The notes beneath the pieces were generated by a model. That model searched no databases and was not told where the DNA came from. It saw nothing but the letters and a program-made list of their open reading frames with translations. A program made the position numbers and the translations under genes. Shown piece after piece: positions 28,753 to 35,490 of a stretch of 41,523 nt of DNA. Source of the stretch: Deferribacterales bacterium (GTDB lineage Bacteria; Chrysiogenota; Deferribacteres; Deferribacterales; Geovibrionaceae). How positions within the stretch are numbered: the stretch's first letter is position 1; each line of letters begins with the position of its first letter. The stretch lies in assembly GCA_050253335.1 (NCBI GenBank), contig JBFWJG010000016.1:1-41523 (forward strand), read 5' to 3'.

Positions 28753-30068
28753 GCAAATCTGCCGATGTAGCTTTCTATGTCGAATTTGCGTTTAAGCCCT
28801 GCAAAATTCATGTAGCGCACTTTGCCGAAAACTGCCCGTTCCTGCCACGGTCTGTCATGCTTGCCGAAGCACCATAAAACTCCCGCAAAGCCGTTCGGAT
28901 CCCGCCCGTCAAGGCTGTATCTGTCATTCAGCGTGATTGCGGTTCTGTATGCCTCTTCCGGTGATGCTGTCCACTCAATTATCTTCTTGCCCCAGTACAT
29001 GCGCATGTAGCCGTGCATCTTTCCCGTTAGAGTCATTTCCCTCTGCGCCGTGTTCCATGCCGGATCGTGGGTTTGTGCGTTTTCAAGCTCTTCGAATGTA
29101 TAAGTGTATGGTCTTGCGTCATTTCTGTGTTCATCAAGCGTCTGCACAGCCCAGGGGTGCAGGGGGCTGAGGCTGTCATACTCAGGGTTGAAGTTCACCA
29201 TGTTCATGGCGAGTTCCCGCCTGATTATCAGCTCCTCCAGAAATGAGGCGGATTTGGGATGCTCCTTTACTGCGAGGGCTATTTCAATTGCCGATATATT
29301 TCCGAAGTGGAGATAAGGGCTCAGCCCGCTCTGTCCGTCTTCGGCTGGGTCATTGCGGATTTCATCGTATGTTTCCAGCTTATCATTGATGAAGGTTTTA
29401 AGCCTTTGAGCCGCTTCATCCTCTCCGCCTCTGAATGCGGAGACGGGGGTAACTGTTCTGTCAATGTCCAGTGAGTTGATGTCAGGCTCAATACTTTCAA
29501 AGTTCGGTCTGAAATCCTTGATAGATAAGTCCCTCTGCTCAAGGGGAACGAGGAACTTCTCAAGCTGTTTTGTTATTTTCGGCCTGATGGTGTAGGCGGC
29601 GAATTCCTCTTTGCCGCTTGCCGTTTCCACCGGAACCACGGCATCGCTCTCCACCTGAACCACGGAACAGGGTGCATTTCTGCCTATCTGCCGCCGCCAC
29701 TCTTTCTGAATGCGCAGGTATCCTCTGTCCATTACGATCATTTCAGCATTGCGGGCGAGCTTAACCACTTCCTCCGGCGGGTTCCCCTTGCGGAAGATCA
29801 GGCTGATTCCCCGCTGTTTCAGGTTTTTCTCCAGCCTTTTCAGACCCTCAAGCATGAATGTGTAATGACGCAGGTTTGCCCCCGGAAATCCGTCAGTTAT
29901 CACAAAACAGGCAAACAGCGGCAGTCTGAGCTCATTGGCCTGTCTTACGGCGAACTCGAGGGCGTGGTTAAACCTTGTTCTCTGCGCCTGCTGAACCCAG
30001 AGGAGAATGTACTTTCCGCCCGCGGAGGGCTTATTCAGGCTGACAATCCTTTCGCCCTGTATCATCAT
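28749..30068 (-). CDS. phrB: Deoxyribodipyrimidine photolyase, class II
   Basis: QRTRFNHAL, KEEFAAYTIRPKI, SGLSPYLHFG, EELIIRRELA, GKMHGYMRMYWGKKI, DGRDPNG. Confidence 0.95.
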   Translation of the reverse strand: MMIQGERIVSLNKPSAGGKYILLWVQQAQRTRFNHALEFAVRQANELRLPLFACFVITDGFPGANLRHYTFMLEGLKRLEKNLKQRGISLIFRKGNPPEEVVKLARNAEMIVMDRGYLRIQKEWRRQIGRNAPCSVVQVESDAVVPVETASGKEEFAAYTIRPKITKQLEKFLVPLEQRDLSIKDFRPNFESIEPDINSLDIDRTVTPVSAFRGGEDEAAQRLKTFINDKLETYDEIRNDPAEDGQSGLSPYLHFGNISAIEIALAVKEHPKSASFLEELIIRRELAMNMVNFNPEYDSLSPLHPWAVQTLDEHRNDARPYTYTFEELENAQTHDPAWNTAQREMTLTGKMHGYMRMYWGKKIIEWTASPEEAYRTAITLNDRYSLDGRDPNGFAGVLWCFGKHDRPWQERAVFGKVRYMNFAGLKRKFDIESYIGRFA

Positions 30069-30158
30069 TTCACCTATAAACAGTTGCCGTATTTTATTTT
30101 ATAATGATACTATAATCACCCCCCAATTAAAAGCGCACGCATATGCAAAGGAGCAGTT

Positions 30159-33100
30159 ATGTTCAGAAAATTCGCCTCGGAAAATATAGTTCTTTTTGAC
30201 GGAGCCATGGGCACGTCCATACAGAATTTTGACATCGGCGAAGATATATGGCAGGGAAAAAGCGGGTGCAGCGAATGGCTTAACATCGCAGCGCCGCATA
30301 TCATAGAATCTATCCACAAAAGCTATCTGGAAGCAGGAGCCGATGTTGTTGAAACAAACACCTTCGGCGGGACAGAACTTGTAATGCGGGAATACGGCCT
30401 TGAGGACATGGTGGACGAGATTAATCTCAGGGGCGCTCAGATTGCGGTAAAGGCCGCACAGGAATACGGAAAATTCGCCGCAGGCTCCATAGGCCCCGGA
30501 ACAAGGCTTCCCAGCCTCGGACAGATCTCCTTTGACGATATGCACAGGATGTATCTCCGCCAGACAAAAAGCCTCATAGAGGGCGGAGTTGACCTGCTCA
30601 TAATAGAAACCTGTCAGGATCTGCTTCAGGTTAAGGCGGCTCTCCTCGGCGTATTCGATGCCCTTGGGGAGAAGGTGGCGGATCTGCCCGTAATGGTTTC
30701 GGTGACTGTGGAAAGCACAGGCAGTATGCTCATGGGAACCGACCTTTCTGCGGTGTGCACAGTGCTCAGCGGCTACCCGATTCATTCGGTGGGGCTTAAC
30801 TGCGCCACAGGACCGGACATGATGTTCGGCCCCGTAAAAACAATTTCAGAAAACTGGAACGGCGACATATCCTGCATACCTAATGCGGGTCTGCCGGAAA
30901 ATATAGGCGGAAAAACGGTTTACAGCATGACTCCGGAAAAGCTTGCCGTTATAGCGGGCGAGCTTATGGATAAATATCCGGTGAATATACTGGGCGGTTG
31001 CTGCGGAACAACCCCTGCGCACATAAAGTCTCTGCGCGGGATGATCAGCGGCAAAAAAAGAAGGGAGCCTGTGCGGAAACCGTACACGGGCGTATGCGCC
31101 AGCCTTTATACATCCATGCCTCTCAGCCAGAATCCTGCCCCATCTCTCATAGGTGAAAGGGCAAACTCCAACGGGAGCAAGGCCTTCCGAGAACTGCTTC
31201 TCGCTGGTGACGCTGACGGGATGCTGTCAGTCGCCAGAAATCAGGAAGGTGAAGGCGCGCATTTCATAGACGCGTGCGTGGCATACGCAGGAAGGAACGA
31301 GGCGCATGACATGGGCAGTTTCATCTTTGAGCTTAACAAGACGCTCACCGTTCCCATAGTTATAGATTCCACCGAGCCGCCTGTGATTGAAAAAGCGCTG
31401 AAACTCTGCGGCGGAAAACCGGTCATCAACTCCGTAAACTTCGAGGACGGCGGGGAAAAACTGCACATTATCCTGAAAATGATAAAAAGATTTCCCGCGG
31501 CCTCAATAGCACTCACCATAGATGAAAAAGGGATGGCAATGACCGCGGCGGAAAAGTTCGCCATAGCAGAAAGGCTCTATAACACATGGAGCGGCGAATA
31601 CGGGCTTCCGCCGGAGGATATAATAATCGATCCCCTCACATTCTCCATAGGCAGCGGGGACGAGACACTGACCATGGCGGCAGTGGAAACGCTGAACGCC
31701 ATAAGGATGATAAAAGAGAGGCTGAAAGGCGCTAAAACCGTTCTGGGGCTCAGCAATGTTTCCTTCGGTCTTTCAGCGCAGAGCAGACCCGTCCTCAACT
31801 CCGTCTTCCTCCATGAGGCTGTGAAGGCTGGGCTTGACATGGCTATTGTCCATGCGGGCAAGATTCTTCCGCCGGCAATGATAAACGATGAGGACATGAA
31901 GCTGAGTTTAGATCTCATCCATGGCAAAGAGGGCGCGCTCACGGCATTTATAAACCATTTTCAGGACAGGACGGCAGTCCAGGACGAACAGGCGGACGCG
32001 AACCTTGCTCCATCTGAAAAAATAGGGCGCATGATTCTGCGCGGCGAGAAGAAGGGGCTGAAAGAGGTTCTGGATGCTCTGATGGCGGAGCGTAAACCCA
32101 TTGATATAATAAACAATCTCATGCTTCCCGCAATGCAGGAAGTGGGCGAGCTTTTCGGGAGCGGCAAAATGCTTCTTCCTTTTGTGCTCCAGTCCGCAGA
32201 GGTTATGAAAGAGGGTGTGAAAATCCTCGAACCCTTCATGGAGAAGAATGAGACAGAATCCAAAGGGAAAATTGTTCTCGCAACGGTGAAAGGGGATGTG
32301 CACGACATTGGCAAAAACCTTGTGGATATAATACTCTCCAACAACGGCTTCACCGTCTACAATCTTGGGATCAAGGTTCCCGTGGAGGAGATGATCAGAA
32401 AAGCCGTTGAGGTGGGAGCGGATGCCATAGGGATGAGCGGACTCCTTGTAAAATCTACGGTTATAATGAAAGAGAACATAGAAGAGCTTAAAAAACACGG
32501 TCTGGAGAAGAAGATTCTCCTCGGCGGAGCGGCGCTTACGGAAGGCTTTGTCGCCAATGAATGTGATTCCATAATGCCCGGCAATGTTTTTTACTGCCGT
32601 GACGCGTTTGATGCACTCAAGGTTCTGGACGGCAGGGCAGAGGCGAACAAAGCCCCTAAACCCGCCAGAGCGAAGGCCTCATTTGACGCGGTGGAGGAGC
32701 AGGCGGAGCCAATAACTTTCGGAGAAATACCGTCAGTGCCTTTTTACGGCAGCAAAATTGTTTTCGATATTGACCCTGCCGGGCCGGAAAAATATCTGAA
32801 TAAAACGACTCTTTTCACAAACAGATGGTCATATAAAAAGAAAGGGCTGACGGAAGAGGAGTTCGACCGCCTCATAATGGAAACCGCCCTCCCTGAATAC
32901 AGGGAGATTTACGGCAACGCCATTGCAAAGGGGCTCCTGAACCCTGCGGTCTCCTACGGATATTTCCCCTGCCATGCGGACGGAGATTATCTGGTTATTT
33001 ACGATGCAGATAAAAAGACGGAGAAAACCCGCTTTCTCCTCCCCCGCCAGACCAAGGGCGCTAAGCTCTGCCTTGCGGATTATTTCCTGCCCAAGGAAAA

Positions 33101-33518
33101 GGGGTTTGATGTTGTCGGGCTCAGCCTTGTCACCATAGGCAAAAAACCAGAGGAGTTCTCCGCGAAGCTGTACGCTGCGGGGGATTATAAAAAATATTTC
33201 ATGTATCACGGCCTTTTCACCGAGTTCACCGAGGCTCTGGCCGAATACTGGCATAAGGTTATGAGAAAAGAGATGGGCATAGACGGAGCGGACGCAAAAA
33301 CGCCGGACGGCATTATCTCCATGAAGTATCAGGGGCGCAGATACAGCTTCGGCTATCCCGCATGCCCCGATCTGGACGGCAATGCGGTTATTGCGGATAT
33401 GCTGAGCGCGGATATGCTGGGCATACACGTTACGGAAAACGGAGAGATGGTTCCCGAATTTACCACAAGCGCAATTGTGGTTCATAACCGCCACGCGAAG
33501 TACTTTGTTATAAAATAG
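30159..33518 (+). CDS. metH: Cobalamin-dependent methionine synthase
   Basis: DGAMGT, GLNCATG, PNAGLP, GGCCGT, IGERAN pterin domain, GDVHDIGKN B12 motif, RYSFGYPACP activation domain. Confidence 0.96.
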   Translation: MFRKFASENIVLFDGAMGTSIQNFDIGEDIWQGKSGCSEWLNIAAPHIIESIHKSYLEAGADVVETNTFGGTELVMREYGLEDMVDEINLRGAQIAVKAAQEYGKFAAGSIGPGTRLPSLGQISFDDMHRMYLRQTKSLIEGGVDLLIIETCQDLLQVKAALLGVFDALGEKVADLPVMVSVTVESTGSMLMGTDLSAVCTVLSGYPIHSVGLNCATGPDMMFGPVKTISENWNGDISCIPNAGLPENIGGKTVYSMTPEKLAVIAGELMDKYPVNILGGCCGTTPAHIKSLRGMISGKKRREPVRKPYTGVCASLYTSMPLSQNPAPSLIGERANSNGSKAFRELLLAGDADGMLSVARNQEGEGAHFIDACVAYAGRNEAHDMGSFIFELNKTLTVPIVIDSTEPPVIEKALKLCGGKPVINSVNFEDGGEKLHIILKMIKRFPAASIALTIDEKGMAMTAAEKFAIAERLYNTWSGEYGLPPEDIIIDPLTFSIGSGDETLTMAAVETLNAIRMIKERLKGAKTVLGLSNVSFGLSAQSRPVLNSVFLHEAVKAGLDMAIVHAGKILPPAMINDEDMKLSLDLIHGKEGALTAFINHFQDRTAVQDEQADANLAPSEKIGRMILRGEKKGLKEVLDALMAERKPIDIINNLMLPAMQEVGELFGSGKMLLPFVLQSAEVMKEGVKILEPFMEKNETESKGKIVLATVKGDVHDIGKNLVDIILSNNGFTVYNLGIKVPVEEMIRKAVEVGADAIGMSGLLVKSTVIMKENIEELKKHGLEKKILLGGAALTEGFVANECDSIMPGNVFYCRDAFDALKVLDGRAEANKAPKPARAKASFDAVEEQAEPITFGEIPSVPFYGSKIVFDIDPAGPEKYLNKTTLFTNRWSYKKKGLTEEEFDRLIMETALPEYREIYGNAIAKGLLNPAVSYGYFPCHADGDYLVIYDADKKTEKTRFLLPRQTKGAKLCLADYFLPKEKGFDVVGLSLVTIGKKPEEFSAKLYAAGDYKKYFMYHGLFTEFTEALAEYWHKVMRKEMGIDGADAKTPDGIISMKYQGRRYSFGYPACPDLDGNAVIADMLSADMLGIHVTENGEMVPEFTTSAIVVHNRHAKYFVIK

Positions 33519-33550
33519 ATAGAAAACAGGATTAAATTAGTATTAATATC

Positions 33551-33579
33551 TTGCAAAAATATTAATTGCGGGATAGGAT
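33551..33579 (+). promoter_or_regulatory. Sigma70-type promoter of the superoxide reductase gene
   Basis: TTGCAA-N17-TAGGAT. Confidence 0.5.
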
Positions 33580-33640
33580 GTATGCATCAAGTTTAAGTGA
33601 TATACTTACTAAAATGTATAAATTACAAGGAGGCAGCAAA

Positions 33641-34030
33641 ATGGCAATAGGACAATTTGTTAAAAGCGCAGACTTCAAGAGCGAAAAACACGTTCCGGTT
33701 ATCGAACTCCCCGCTGGTGTAAAGGCCGGTGAGCCCTTCTTCGTCACGGTTTCCGTGGGAAAAGAGATCGCCCACCCCAACACGACAGAGCACTTCATCA
33801 ACTGGATAGCCCTCTACTTCAAACCCGAAGGTGAAGGCCCTGTTACCCAGCTTGCCAAATTCGAATTTGTAGCCCACGGCGAATCCGCAAAAGGCGCCAA
33901 TCAGGGACCCGCATACACAGACCCCTTCGGCACGGCTAAAGTTAAGCTGAACGCCCCCGGAACACTGGTTGCAGTAAGCTACTGTAACATCCACGGCCTG
34001 TGGGAATCCAGCGCGGAAGTTAAGTTCTAA
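33641..34030 (+). CDS. sor: Class II superoxide reductase (neelaredoxin)
   Basis: EKHVP, HPNTTEH, YCNIHGLW iron ligands; no N-terminal desulforedoxin CxxC; ATG after AGGAGG. Confidence 0.93.
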   Translation: MAIGQFVKSADFKSEKHVPVIELPAGVKAGEPFFVTVSVGKEIAHPNTTEHFINWIALYFKPEGEGPVTQLAKFEFVAHGESAKGANQGPAYTDPFGTAKVKLNAPGTLVAVSYCNIHGLWESSAEVKF

Positions 34031-34138
34031 GATATTTTCAGACTTTAAAGAGACAGGCTGAAGCCGAGCGAGAAAATTTTTACTCAATGGTGAGATAATT
34101 TTTTCTTGAAGCGGTTTGACACTATCAAAAGAATTTTG

Positions 34139-34161
34139 AAGGCGGGGGAAATCCCCGCCTT
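34139..34161. terminator. Hairpin terminator after the prophage methyltransferase
   Basis: AAGGCGGGG-GAAAT-CCCCGCCTT 9-bp stem 2 nt from the stop codon. Confidence 0.75.
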
Positions 34162-34163
34162 AT

Positions 34164-34925
34164 TTAGTAATTCATGACAAGCAATTCCACAACTTGCTTC
34201 CTTTCGCCCTTAAGTATTGAGTATGTCGTATTTACTTCTGCAATGTTAAACTGTTTAAACACCTGCCTTATGTACTCTGTGTCGTTTATACTGAGTATAA
34301 ATTTACCTTTAATCCCTGCAAGATTGTCAGCAAGGATTTTAAAGTCAGCAGCAGAGAATATGCTTTTTCCATAGACATCTTCACATCCGTGATAAGGCGG
34401 ATCTATATAAAAGATAGTGTCTACGCGGTCATAACGCTGAATACAATCCTGATAAGGCAAATTTTCAATATTCACCTTACACAGTCTCAAATGAGCATCA
34501 GAAATATCCTGTTCAATTCTCAATAAATTAAGCCGTGGTGCACGTGTCGTAGAGTAGCCATAAGTTGGCTGGAATGCTTTACCGCCATATGAGCTTTTTA
34601 CAAGGTAATAAAAGCGTGCAGCGCGCTGAATGTCAGTCAGCGTATGCGGAGGTACTTCCATTAATCTTTTAAACTCCTCGCGAGCCGGAAGAACATACTT
34701 GAATTGATTAACAAACTCTACCATATGATTCTTCACAACACGATAAAGGTTTACTAAATCTGAATTCAGGTCATTAAGTGTTTCCGCCTTGGACGGTTCC
34801 TTTTGGAAAAACACATTACCTGCCCCCGCAAAGGGCTCAACATAGCAGACATGTTGAGGGATTATAGGTATTATTTTCTTTGCAAGGCGGCTCTTCCCGC
34901 CAAGCCACGGTATCATACTTCTCAT
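34164..34925 (-). CDS. Prophage DNA adenine methyltransferase (D12/Dam class)
   Basis: WLGGKSRL, YVEPFAGAG (motif I), LNDLN, YIDPPY (motif IV), LSIND; GAGG SD. Confidence 0.93.
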   Translation of the reverse strand: MRSMIPWLGGKSRLAKKIIPIIPQHVCYVEPFAGAGNVFFQKEPSKAETLNDLNSDLVNLYRVVKNHMVEFVNQFKYVLPAREEFKRLMEVPPHTLTDIQRAARFYYLVKSSYGGKAFQPTYGYSTTRAPRLNLLRIEQDISDAHLRLCKVNIENLPYQDCIQRYDRVDTIFYIDPPYHGCEDVYGKSIFSAADFKILADNLAGIKGKFILSINDTEYIRQVFKQFNIAEVNTTYSILKGERKQVVELLVMNY

Positions 34926-34938
34926 AACAAACCTCTTA

Positions 34939-34967
34939 TTGATAAAAGTTATTTTGATCTGTACAAT
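34939..34967 (+). promoter_or_regulatory. Sigma70-type promoter antisense to the prophage late transcript
   Basis: TTGATA-N17-TACAAT pointing into the structured element at 34994-35075. Confidence 0.65.
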
Positions 34968-34973
34968 CCGTTT

Positions 34974-35079
34974 ACCCCAACTGCAGAAAGGGTGGCGGAT
35001 GGTAGCAGAACATTCTGTATGAGCCGCACTATGGCTTGTGTCGCCGGAGGTGAGAGTCCGGCACTGCCGTCCGTCTTTT
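34974..35079 (+). ncRNA. Candidate structured small RNA (four-way junction, tRNA-like)
   Basis: 12-bp closing stem 34994-35005/35064-35075 enclosing three hairpins; G-U wobbles favour the + strand; upstream promoter and trailing TTTT. Confidence 0.55.
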
Positions 35080-35476
35080 ATATTGGTTTCTCAGGCCACT
35101 CTATATCGAAGGGAAAGCCCTCCTGTGTTGTTATATCCCTCAGAGCTTGTCTATACGTCCGCACGTCCGTCTTGAAGGACTCATCAAGAGGATAGTCGGG
35201 CATCATTAGATAGTCTGTAGCTCTCAACAGTGCATCACGCTCAGAGCGAACTACCGCCGCTATCTGTGCGGCCTTTGCCTCGTCAGTGAGTAGCTCCGTT
35301 GGGTCAACAGCGATAATTTCACCATCGCGCTCTATAATCTGCTTTCCGGCACTCTGATCGGCAAGCAGAGCCTCCCATTGCTCAATAGTTAGCTCTATTG
35401 CGCCCGCAGGGATGATGGCGTGAATATCAGAGTGATAAAACCCACCATCCGCCCAGTATATTTTTTTATCGTTCAT
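35078..35476 (-). CDS. Tail fibre assembly chaperone
   Basis: GGFYHSDIH...IPAGAIELT...WEALL; RSERDALLRATDY...YRQALRDIT...FP..I.WPEKP; ATG at 35476 after GGAGG. Confidence 0.88.
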   Translation of the reverse strand: MNDKKIYWADGGFYHSDIHAIIPAGAIELTIEQWEALLADQSAGKQIIERDGEIIAVDPTELLTDEAKAAQIAAVVRSERDALLRATDYLMMPDYPLDESFKTDVRTYRQALRDITTQEGFPFDIEWPEKPI

Positions 35477-35490
35477 GCGTCTATCCTCCT

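Noticed and set aside
30069..30158. Cobalamin or SAM riboswitch before metH
   Set aside because: Spacer is only 90 bp, AT-rich and has no recognisable aptamer
336..33494. Numerous long shadow ORFs (e.g. 607-1446, 2122-3153, 21612-22415, 32829-33494)
   Set aside because: Antisense or alternate-frame overlaps of well-supported genes, with no motifs
34994..35075. Canonical tRNA gene (possible prophage att site)
   Set aside because: No TTC in the T-loop, no GG D-loop, no U33, a 12-bp closing stem and no CCA; kept only as a tRNA-like ncRNA candidate
34803..35195. 130-aa + strand ORF across the methylase upstream region
   Set aside because: TTG start inside the antisense of the methylase, no SD, overlaps two genes, no recognisable motif
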